From assembly GCA_965221125.1 (NCBI GenBank), contig CBDCRW010000004.1:1056776-1120775 (forward strand): a DNA stretch of 64,000 nucleotides, written 5' to 3'. The notes beneath the pieces were generated by a model. That model had not been told where the DNA came from and made no database searches. It worked only from the letters and a program-made list of their open reading frames with translations. This DNA is from Alphaproteobacteria bacterium. GTDB taxonomy: Bacteria > Pseudomonadota > Alphaproteobacteria > UBA828. The translations under genes were made by a program, and so were the position numbers. Below, one piece after another: positions 46,380 to 54,593 of the stretch (within the stretch, counting starts at the first letter, position 1; each line of letters begins with the position of its first letter).

Positions 46380-47429
46380 TCAGTACCGGGCGGCCTGTTC
46401 CAGGATCGAGAACATCGCGTCGATGCCCGAGCCCATGACCAGTGCCGCCACTATGAGAAGCGTCCCGTTGAGAAGGGCCGCGCGGGCGCGCAGCAGCTCG
46501 TCCGAGCGCCCCACCCAGCGCTCCACGAAACGCGCGAGCTTCCTCTCCCACCCCGGCGCCCCGTCCAGCGCCGCCACCACCGGAACCAGGGAGGGGTCCG
46601 GGAAGCCGTGGCCCGCCAAGACCATGCTGCGCCCGAGGCCGACGCCACGCGCCATGTGCCCCTGGATCGCCGCGATGCGGTGACGGGCGTAGGGGGAGGC
46701 CGCGCGCTTCAGCGCCTCGAAGGTGCGATCGTTGACGTCGATGCCCGCCGCAAGGAACTCCATGGTCACGAACAGGAAGGCGGAGCCCGTGAGCGTGCGG
46801 TAGAGCGAGAAGGGGGCGATCCTGTCCAGAACGGTGCGGCCGGGCCCGGTCCACGCCACCATCGCGGCCGTGACGGCCGCGACGAGACCCAGGAGCGTGG
46901 CACCGAACGCCAGGGTGTTGGCGTTGAGCCAGACGGAGACGCTGCGGAAGAGGCGTGCGCCGGAGCTCCACTGCTCGGGCGGGCTCACGCTCTCGATGAC
47001 GGGGATGAAGTGGCCGCCGGCGGCCCAGAGCATCAGCACCAGGCCCAGCGCCAGCACCAGCGGCATGGCCAGCGCCTTCCACACCGCCGCGATCTGGCGC
47101 TCGCGCATCTCCGCGACGCGTGCGGCGGCTGCGAACAGCATCGCCGCATCGACCCGCCCGTAGGCGTGGAAGATCATCGCCTCGGAGGCGGGCAGACTGG
47201 CGGCAACGGTATCCGCGAACCGGTCCTCCAGCAGCGCCTTGCGCCAGGCCCCAAGGAGCTGCGCCCTGCCGCGCTGACCCTGGTCCTTCGCCGCCCGCGC
47301 GGCGATCTCCAGCGCGCGCTCCAGCGAGAACCCTGCGTCCAGCAGATCGGCGACCATGCGGAAGACGTCCACGCGAGCCTTGCGCCCGAGCAGGAGCGTG
47401 CCCGCGAGTTTCTGTGCGAGCCGGCTCAT
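46380..47429 (-). CDS. pilR: PilR/T2SS-F platform protein
   Basis: LLDAGFSLERAL, two F-type domains and GHGFPD. Confidence 0.85.
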   Translation of the reverse strand: MSRLAQKLAGTLLLGRKARVDVFRMVADLLDAGFSLERALEIAARAAKDQGQRGRAQLLGAWRKALLEDRFADTVAASLPASEAMIFHAYGRVDAAMLFAAAARVAEMRERQIAAVWKALAMPLVLALGLVLMLWAAGGHFIPVIESVSPPEQWSSGARLFRSVSVWLNANTLAFGATLLGLVAAVTAAMVAWTGPGRTVLDRIAPFSLYRTLTGSAFLFVTMEFLAAGIDVNDRTFEALKRAASPYARHRIAAIQGHMARGVGLGRSMVLAGHGFPDPSLVPVVAALDGAPGWERKLARFVERWVGRSDELLRARAALLNGTLLIVAALVMGSGIDAMFSILEQAARY

Positions 47430-49078
47430 GCGGCGTCTTCCCCCGGGGCCGGAAGCGGCGAGGCATCCACGGCCTCCGCCTGGTTCACCCGTGCGCCCTT
47501 GCGCAGCGCATCGAAGGGGTCCGCTTTGCCGGCCGCCACCAGCGCCCAGATGCGCTCGCCCATGGGCTTGCCGCCCATATGAGTCACCCAGTGCTCCCAG
47601 GCGCCCGCCGGGTCGCGCTGGCGTACGAAGGCGAGGTAGGCCGCATCGGGGCGGATGGTCTCGGCGATCGCCGTCTGCCGCGCGTAGCCGTTCCAGGCCT
47701 TGCCCGCGACCGCACTTCGGTTCTCGCGGTTGCAGGTCTCGCAGCCCTGCGGGTTGCGAAAGCGCACCCGAGGCCAGTTGCGGAGATGCCGCCCCAGCCA
47801 GTCGGGGACCGCCTTGCCTCCCGCAGGCTCTTCGAGCGCGCATGCGTCGCAGAGCCTGGGCAGCAGGGTCTGCTTCATCAGCAGCTCGATGTTGCCGGGC
47901 TTGCACACCTCGGCGGTGCCCACCCCCATGTCGAGCAGGCGGAACAGAATCGCGTTGGCGGAGTGGACGTGGATCGTGGTCCACACCTGGTGGCCGGTGT
48001 CGATGAACTGCAGCACCTGCCGTGCCGCATCCGCATCGCGGATCTCGGACACCATGCCCGACGCCGGATGAACCCGGCAGAAGTGCATCAGCGCGTCCCT
48101 GAAGTGTTTGCCGCGCTCCTCGCCGGAGCCGGTGGTGGGCACCGCGATCTGCACCGCGCCCGGAATGGGGTATTCCACCGGGTCCTCGATGGTCACGACA
48201 TTGAGCTGGCCCTGCGCTTCCTCCATCTGGAGCGCGAGGTTGGTGGCGAGCGTGGTGGACTTGCCGTCTCCTGCCGTGCCGCCGAGGAAGATGCCGCCCC
48301 GGAGCGACATGCGGATCTCGGAGAACACCGCCGCCTCCTCGGCGGAGAAGCCGAGGCTCTCCAGGGTCGTGCCTTTCTCGATGCGGTCCCGGTAGAAGAG
48401 GCGTGCGAAGAGATGATCGCCGTCGGGCTCGTGGGGGCCGCGCTGGCAGCGGAGCGCCGATACGGTTGCGGGCAGCGGCACCTGGCCGCCGGCGCGGACC
48501 GAGAAACCCTGGAAGGCGCTTCTCTGGTAGGAGGTCTGCGCCGAGCCCTCGTCCTTGCAGTGGAAGATGAAGCCCATCACCTCGCGGCCATCGTCTGCGG
48601 GCATAGGGGCTGCGAGCTGGAGCTTGCGGTCGTTGACGATGCCGTGGACGCGGCAGAGCCCACCGTCGTTCTCGAAGACGACGTCGCTGGCACGCGCTGC
48701 GGCGGCCTCCTCCAGGAGCGTGCGCACCTTGTGTGCCGCAGGCGCTTCGCCGCTTTCCTCACGGTCGGCGGCGCGCCAGCACTCCGCAATCTCCTCCAGA
48801 CTTGCCGTCCGCTCGACGAGGTGCGCCGGGATGCTGCCGTCCCTGCGCAGCGCCATGAGCGCCGCCCGCAGGCGGCGGTCGCTCTCGTAGCCCTCGGCGA
48901 TCAGGCAGCGGCCGTCGGCGTACACAGCGCAGACGCGCCTGACCCACTCGTCGATGGCGGGGTGGCGGATGAGGCCGCCGGAGCCCTCGGAACCCCGACG
49001 CCGTGCGGGAATCAGGGCGTTACCCTGCAGGCCCAGCCACTCTGCGGCGGAACAGGGGAACGCCCTGTTACGCTTCAC
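47426..49078 (-). CDS. pilQ: PilQ/GspE assembly ATPase
   Basis: GTAGDGKSTT, TIEDPVE, SEIRD, TGHQVWTTIH and Zn tetra-Cys. Confidence 0.92.
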   Translation of the reverse strand: MKRNRAFPCSAAEWLGLQGNALIPARRRGSEGSGGLIRHPAIDEWVRRVCAVYADGRCLIAEGYESDRRLRAALMALRRDGSIPAHLVERTASLEEIAECWRAADREESGEAPAAHKVRTLLEEAAAARASDVVFENDGGLCRVHGIVNDRKLQLAAPMPADDGREVMGFIFHCKDEGSAQTSYQRSAFQGFSVRAGGQVPLPATVSALRCQRGPHEPDGDHLFARLFYRDRIEKGTTLESLGFSAEEAAVFSEIRMSLRGGIFLGGTAGDGKSTTLATNLALQMEEAQGQLNVVTIEDPVEYPIPGAVQIAVPTTGSGEERGKHFRDALMHFCRVHPASGMVSEIRDADAARQVLQFIDTGHQVWTTIHVHSANAILFRLLDMGVGTAEVCKPGNIELLMKQTLLPRLCDACALEEPAGGKAVPDWLGRHLRNWPRVRFRNPQGCETCNRENRSAVAGKAWNGYARQTAIAETIRPDAAYLAFVRQRDPAGAWEHWVTHMGGKPMGERIWALVAAGKADPFDALRKGARVNQAEAVDASPLPAPGEDAA

Positions 49079-49980
49079 GATCCGTCTCCCTTGCCATCCC
49101 GGCGCGGGCCGGTAACGGCGGAAGGACGGGGCCTGTAGGGAAGGGCGGCCTCGACGGCGCCGTCCACGTGCACGCCCGGCGGGCGGACGGCGATGCGCGT
49201 CACCGTCACGCCGCCGGGGAGCCGGTCGCCCTCGCGCACGAACCAGACATTCTTGCCACCGTGTCCGGTGCCGTCGCTCACGCCGGCGCGCAACTCGCCC
49301 GCCGTGCCGACGATGGAGAACCAGCTGTATGAAGGGAGCTCCGGCGCGGGCGCCGGGGCGGCCTTCGCCGCCTCTGCCGTCTCCGCGGAAGCCGGCGCCG
49401 GGACCGTCATCTCGATCACGCGGACCGGCGCGGACACCTTAACTATAGGGGCATCTGCAGACCCCATGGCGCCGGCGCCGGGCGCTCCGGTCTCGCCCTG
49501 CGCCCCGTCTAGCAGCGCCTGCAGCTCGTCCTCCAGCGCCACGATGCCGTTGACGATTTCCTGGCGCTCGCGGCAGAGCGCCAGCGTCTCGCGCTCGATC
49601 GCGAGTGCCGAGACCGCATCGGCCGTCTCGGTTGCCTTCGCCAGAAGAGATGCCAGCAGCGCGCGCGGACAGCCCTGCAAGACGGCTGCAGGTGCTGCTC
49701 CGCCGTTCGCCGGCAACCCGGCCGTAACCGCACCGAGCTCGGCAACGCGCGCTTCCGGCGGCGCCTCCGAAGCCGGCGGCGCCGCCCGCTCGCTCAGCAT
49801 CCGCAGCAGGCGGCTGTCCGGCATGGCGCCCGCCCCGGCATCCGGCGCGGCAGTTGCGTCGGCAATCCCGATCTCCGTTGCCCGCTGCGCTGCGGGTTCG
49901 CCCGCCGCGGCGGCGCCCGCCGTCAGAGCCGCAGCCAGGAGGGCCGCGAAGAAAGCCGCACAGCGGTCCGGGGCTGTCAT
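49075..49980 (-). CDS. PilP-like protein
   Basis: Signal peptide, coiled coil and C-terminal VREGDRLPGGVTVTRI. Confidence 0.65.
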   Translation of the reverse strand: MTAPDRCAAFFAALLAAALTAGAAAAGEPAAQRATEIGIADATAAPDAGAGAMPDSRLLRMLSERAAPPASEAPPEARVAELGAVTAGLPANGGAAPAAVLQGCPRALLASLLAKATETADAVSALAIERETLALCRERQEIVNGIVALEDELQALLDGAQGETGAPGAGAMGSADAPIVKVSAPVRVIEMTVPAPASAETAEAAKAAPAPAPELPSYSWFSIVGTAGELRAGVSDGTGHGGKNVWFVREGDRLPGGVTVTRIAVRPPGVHVDGAVEAALPYRPRPSAVTGPRRDGKGDGS

Positions 49981-49987
49981 CGTCCGC

Positions 49988-51223
49988 TCACTCCCCGCCA
50001 CTGCCGGCGCCAGGGGCGGCCGGATCGATGACGGGCAGCCGCTGCTGCCAGGCGGCCAGATCGCGCCAGGGCCAGGCGTAGGTCTCAGCGACCCCGTCGA
50101 GCGAGACGTGGAGATGCCCGCGCGACCACCACCAGCGACCGCCGATCCCGCTTCCGTCTGCGGCCTCGGCCGTCGCCGTGCCGCCGTCGCCGAAGCGCAG
50201 GGCTGCGCCACCGCTATCTCCCAGAGGCAATGTCACCGGCCGATCGGCGGCCAGGAGCCGGTCCGTCAGCACGAAGGCCCCGTAGCGCTCACCGGTCGGC
50301 TGCAGCGGGAAGGGATCGCCCAGGCGGTACTCCAGACGGCGCGGCAGGCGCTCCCACTGCGCCACGATGCCTGCGCCCTCGGCCAAGGGCAGCAGCACCG
50401 CGGTGTCCGCCACGTGCCCGTCCTCGTCCAGCCGCCAGAGCTCGTCACGCTCGGCCCCCAGCACCAGCACCATCCGAATGCCCGCCGGGCTCTCGAGCAC
50501 GTGCCCGTCGTTGGCCGCAAGGAAACGCGCGAGCTCGGACGCCGTCACCGCCGGCTTGCCGCCCGCCAACGCCAGCCCGCTCGAGCCCGGCGCGCGCAAG
50601 TGCGAGCCGGGATGGGCGCGCACGGCGGCATCGGGGTCCTGCGCGACCGCCTCCTCCATGAGCGCGGAGGTCTGCTTCGCGTTGACCGGAAGGCCGGCAG
50701 GAAGATCGAGGCTCGGACAGGCCTCCTTCAGCGCCTGCGGCCAGCTCTCCTGCACCCAGCCGACAGAGAGCACGAACCAGTTGCCCTGCGAGCCTTCGGC
50801 TCCGCCGACGCTCTCGCTGTGGAGCCGGCCCGTTTCCGGGTCGTAGAAGATGGGCACGTGTCCCTTCTCGTGGCCGGGATCGGGCGTGGTCCCGGCGTCG
50901 TGGTAGTTGTAGAGGGCCCGGAAGCGGGGCGAGGACACCACGCGCCAGCGGTCGACACGCGCCTGCCAGACGCCGTCGAGATGGATGCACGCCCGCGCGG
51001 TGCCGTCCGCTGCGTGGTGGATGCCCCAGACCAGGCCCCGGTCGCCCGCATGCGCCGAGTTCGGACGCTCGAGCAGCCAGACCCGGTCCGTCAGCAGGCC
51101 TGAGAAGAACGCCGCGTCGTGGGAGCTGTAGTTGGGAGGCCCGGACTGTGCACCCGCCTCTGCCGCGCCCGTCGCCATGAGCGCGGCCGCAGCCAGGCCC
51201 ATCATGGTGCGTCGCGCCCTCAT
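49988..51223 (-). CDS. Exported hypothetical protein
   Basis: Signal peptide (AGA-Q); ATGA coupling; no family recognised. Confidence 0.7.
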   Translation of the reverse strand: MRARRTMMGLAAAALMATGAAEAGAQSGPPNYSSHDAAFFSGLLTDRVWLLERPNSAHAGDRGLVWGIHHAADGTARACIHLDGVWQARVDRWRVVSSPRFRALYNYHDAGTTPDPGHEKGHVPIFYDPETGRLHSESVGGAEGSQGNWFVLSVGWVQESWPQALKEACPSLDLPAGLPVNAKQTSALMEEAVAQDPDAAVRAHPGSHLRAPGSSGLALAGGKPAVTASELARFLAANDGHVLESPAGIRMVLVLGAERDELWRLDEDGHVADTAVLLPLAEGAGIVAQWERLPRRLEYRLGDPFPLQPTGERYGAFVLTDRLLAADRPVTLPLGDSGGAALRFGDGGTATAEAADGSGIGGRWWWSRGHLHVSLDGVAETYAWPWRDLAAWQQRLPVIDPAAPGAGSGGE

Positions 51224-53088
51224 GACCGAACCGCCCGGACCGGCGTGAGCCAGAGCGCCTCGAGTCGGCGCACCATGGCGACGTAGATGGCGAAGGCACG
51301 ATCGTTCCCGCCGGCGCGGACCGCCGCCACCGCCTCGTCCACCTGCGCGCCGATCCAGGCCCAGTCGCCGTGCCCGCGCGGGATCGCCGCCACGATGCGG
51401 GGCGCGACCTCGTAGTAGCGGGCCACCAGCGCCCGGCGCTCCGGCGTCTCTTGCATGTAGCCGTCGCGGAAGGACCTGAGCGCCGTCAGCGTCGGGCCGT
51501 CATCGGCCTCGATGCCCCGCGCGCCTACCACCGCCTCGGTGAGGAAGCAGCCGCCGTCGCCGCCGCCGCTGCCCGCGCCGGGACCCACGCCCGGACCCGA
51601 GCAGGTGCCGTCGCCGGGACCGTCCGAGCCGCCGCCGTCCGATCCGCCGCCATCTCCGGACGGGCCGCAGGCGCCGGTGCCTGGTGCCCCCGTGCCCGTT
51701 CCCGTACCGCCCGGACCGCCAGGTGTCACCTGCGGTGTTCTGGGTTTCGGCTTCTCATCAGGGGTCTCGGGATCGGGTTCGTCATCGCGGACCTCGGGAT
51801 CGGGCGTCCCGTCAGGAGACTCCGGATCCCCCTCGTCATCGGGGTTCTCCCCGTCCGTCTCGTCATCCGGAGGCTCGCTGACCGGCGTCACCACCCGGCT
51901 GCATCCCGACTGGTCGGCAATCCAGTTTCCGGGGATGTCCTGTACCGTTGGCTGCGCATCCCAAGGCCACGTCGTGGACCGCGTCGTCACCGTCCGGGTC
52001 AGCACCGCCGTTCCCGAGTAGCCCGCAGGACAAGCCCCGGCCGCGGTCTCGGTGCGTAGCGTCTCGGTCACCACGGCCTGCGGCAGCGCCGGCACCTGCC
52101 CCTCCCAGCAGCTCGTCGAGACGAACTCCGGCGTGCCCCACGAGACGCCATCGGCAGTCACCGTCTTCTCCCGGCGCCAGATCTCCTGTCCGGTCATCTC
52201 CCGGTTGTGGGGCGGGCCCGCAAGCCAGCTGCACGCCAGGGTGTAGTGCTCCCACTCGCTGTAGTCGGCGCGGCAGTCGTCGATCGACACCTGCCAGGAC
52301 CCCGTGACGGGATTGCCAACCGGATCGCCCCGACCGTCGTGCGCCTGCCGCACCTCCCGGGTCATGGTGCGACCTTCGCCGTGGGTGCCCGCGGGGCAGT
52401 CCTCCACGGTGCGCTCGTGGGAGATCCGCTCGCGCAGATCGAGGTGCGGATCCCGCACCGTGCCCGCCAGAGCCACCCGCCCGGAGGGAAGGGGGCCGCC
52501 GAAGGACGAATCGGAGAGACATGCCGGCAAGGCCGCGTCAGGCCGGCCCGCGGTTCCTTCCGCTACGCTCCCGGCAAGCCAGTGCAGGGCGGCGAGGCCG
52601 CCTGCGGCGGCATAGAGGTGCGGCGCCACCTGCACCGAGCGCTGGTCGCGGCCCACCCCCTTGAGGACCTCGGGCTCCATGTAGACCAGCAGGGTGTTCC
52701 CGCAGTAGCGCGCCCTTACTCCCCGCTCGGTCCAGGCATCCAGCCATCCGGTCGACGCCGGCGGCACGGAGCCGGTCCAGCGCGTGGGCGCCGCCGAGCG
52801 CCGCAGGATGTGGTCCTCCAGGCGCCGCCAGGCCTCGGAGATCGCCCTTGCATGAGCCAGCGCCTCCTGGCGGTAGACCTCCTCGCTCTCCTGCGCCGCC
52901 GCCGGTGTCGCGAACATCGGCATCAGCGCACCCGTCGCCGCAGCCTGGATCGCGATTCCGATCGCGAGCGCGCTTGCGCCCGCCAAGATGCGTGTACCGG
53001 GGCGTTCCCCTGGACCGGGGAGTTCCCCCGTACCAGGGAGTTCCCCTGTGCGCAGACGCCGCCGGGCGCATCGTGCTCCCTCGTTCAT
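51220..53088 (-). CDS. Exported Cys-rich adhesin-like protein with CFI-box-CTERM-like domain
   Basis: Signal peptide, CPAG repeats, Asp/Pro/Gly linker and GGCFLTEAV...LRSFRD...YY..AP. Confidence 0.75.
   Translation of the reverse strand: MNEGARCARRRLRTGELPGTGELPGPGERPGTRILAGASALAIGIAIQAAATGALMPMFATPAAAQESEEVYRQEALAHARAISEAWRRLEDHILRRSAAPTRWTGSVPPASTGWLDAWTERGVRARYCGNTLLVYMEPEVLKGVGRDQRSVQVAPHLYAAAGGLAALHWLAGSVAEGTAGRPDAALPACLSDSSFGGPLPSGRVALAGTVRDPHLDLRERISHERTVEDCPAGTHGEGRTMTREVRQAHDGRGDPVGNPVTGSWQVSIDDCRADYSEWEHYTLACSWLAGPPHNREMTGQEIWRREKTVTADGVSWGTPEFVSTSCWEGQVPALPQAVVTETLRTETAAGACPAGYSGTAVLTRTVTTRSTTWPWDAQPTVQDIPGNWIADQSGCSRVVTPVSEPPDDETDGENPDDEGDPESPDGTPDPEVRDDEPDPETPDEKPKPRTPQVTPGGPGGTGTGTGAPGTGACGPSGDGGGSDGGGSDGPGDGTCSGPGVGPGAGSGGGDGGCFLTEAVVGARGIEADDGPTLTALRSFRDGYMQETPERRALVARYYEVAPRIVAAIPRGHGDWAWIGAQVDEAVAAVRAGGNDRAFAIYVAMVRRLEALWLTPVRAVRS
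52996..53049. repeat. 18-bp family A, opposite orientation, 3 units
   Basis: ACCGGGGCGTTCCCCTGG, ACCGGGGAGTTCCCCCGT, ACCAGGGAGTTCCCCTGT. Confidence 0.93.
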
Positions 53089-54593
53089 GATCCGGATCCT
53101 CCGTCGTTGGCCGTGTGGTTGACCGCGCTGCCGGTGGTTTCACCCGCAGCACCGCCGATCGGGTCGCTGGCCGCGCCTTCCAGCTTTGCCGGTGGCTGCG
53201 CTACTGGCTGCGCCACCGACTGCGGCGGTGACTGAGTCAGTGACTCAGTCACCGGCCGAACCGCCTGTTCGAAGCGTTCGCGCGGCATGGAGACCGGCGA
53301 CACCCGCCGCCCTTCGAGCCGCCACTCGCCGGCTCCGTCCCGCACGAGCCGCACGAGCTCGAGTCCGGGTACGGCCGCGACGGCATCTGCGAGGGGGAAG
53401 GGCACACGCCCGGTCGTGACGCGCAACTCAATGCCGTCGCCCTGCATGGGGTATTCGATGCGGGTTCCGCGCGCGCCGAAGTGGCGGTCCACCGCCTCAC
53501 GGAAGTCGAGCAGGGAGGGAGGAGCAGCCTCTCCAAGCCGCAGCACGGGCGCGACCGGCGTAACCGCCCAGGCCCGGTCCCCCGTGACCGACGCCGCGTA
53601 CCAGTCCGAGAGGTGCGTTTCGGCGATGCGCCGGTGCAGGGGCTCAGGACGACCCGAACCGAGCCGCCAGCGCACCGTGAGCACAGCCCGGTCCTCGAGC
53701 TCCGGCCGCACGCCGATGAGCGCGATGTCTGCGAAGCGGCCCTCGCAGGAGATGCGCTCCGTGCGCCATGCCGGCAGGTACGGCGGATACGCCATGAGCG
53801 CCTGCCGGCAGCCCGCGAGCAGCGCGCCCGCATCCAGTATCGCCATCACCGGCGGAACCACGGGCGCCTGCTCCGCCTCCGCCGCCTCCTCGGGTCCGGC
53901 GATCAAGTCCCAGATCGTGCCGCGCTGCGTCCACACGAAGGCGCCGCCCGCCACCATGACGGCCAGCGCGAGGAAGCGCCCCACCTTCGGCAGGCCGAGC
54001 ATCGAGAGCGGCGCCGCCGCAAGGCGCATGGCAGGATCGTCCACCAGCGACGCGGGGTCGATCTCGCTCACGGGGAAACTCCCTGGTACAGGGGAACTCC
54101 CCGCTCCCGCGTCCTTCACCAGCCCCGGCGTTGCATGGAGCGCCCAGCCCACGGAGGAACTCTCCGGTACCGTGGAACTCACGGGTACGGTGGAACTCAC
54201 CGCTTCGGAGGAACCCCCCGGTCCAGGGGAACTGTTCGACTCGCCGCGAGCGCGCTCGAAGGCCGCGGGCGCGGACTCCCGGTCGGCGAACACCTCGTCC
54301 CCGTCGGCAAGGAAGGCGCCGTCCCTGGCCTTCAGCAGAGCAAGGCGCCCGTCGTCCGCCTCCACCAGCGCCATCCAGGTGGGGACCGCGATGCGCGCCT
54401 GCAGCGACGCCGCGAGGCTCGGGCAGCCCTTCGGGCTCTCCTCGTCCGCCGCGTAGCCGGTCTGCCCGCCCCAGTGAACGTGCCAGGGCCGCTTGAAGGC
54501 CCGCGCGTTCCGCGCCACAGATGCTGCGCCGCCCCGCTCCAGCCAGTAGAGCCCCGCCGCAAAGCGCCGCCCGCCTATCGTCAGCACACTCAC
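53085..54593 (-). CDS. pilO: PilO2 (type IVb pilus accessory protein)
   Basis: RFAAGLYW N-terminus, central TM and PAWRTERISC. Confidence 0.8.
   Translation of the reverse strand: MSVLTIGGRRFAAGLYWLERGGAASVARNARAFKRPWHVHWGGQTGYAADEESPKGCPSLAASLQARIAVPTWMALVEADDGRLALLKARDGAFLADGDEVFADRESAPAAFERARGESNSSPGPGGSSEAVSSTVPVSSTVPESSSVGWALHATPGLVKDAGAGSSPVPGSFPVSEIDPASLVDDPAMRLAAAPLSMLGLPKVGRFLALAVMVAGGAFVWTQRGTIWDLIAGPEEAAEAEQAPVVPPVMAILDAGALLAGCRQALMAYPPYLPAWRTERISCEGRFADIALIGVRPELEDRAVLTVRWRLGSGRPEPLHRRIAETHLSDWYAASVTGDRAWAVTPVAPVLRLGEAAPPSLLDFREAVDRHFGARGTRIEYPMQGDGIELRVTTGRVPFPLADAVAAVPGLELVRLVRDGAGEWRLEGRRVSPVSMPRERFEQAVRPVTESLTQSPPQSVAQPVAQPPAKLEGAASDPIGGAAGETTGSAVNHTANDGGSGS
54071..54240. repeat. 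18-bp family A, two clusters (54071-54106, 54152-54240) in pilO
   Basis: GGAACTC-cored units with 18-bp period. Confidence 0.85.
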
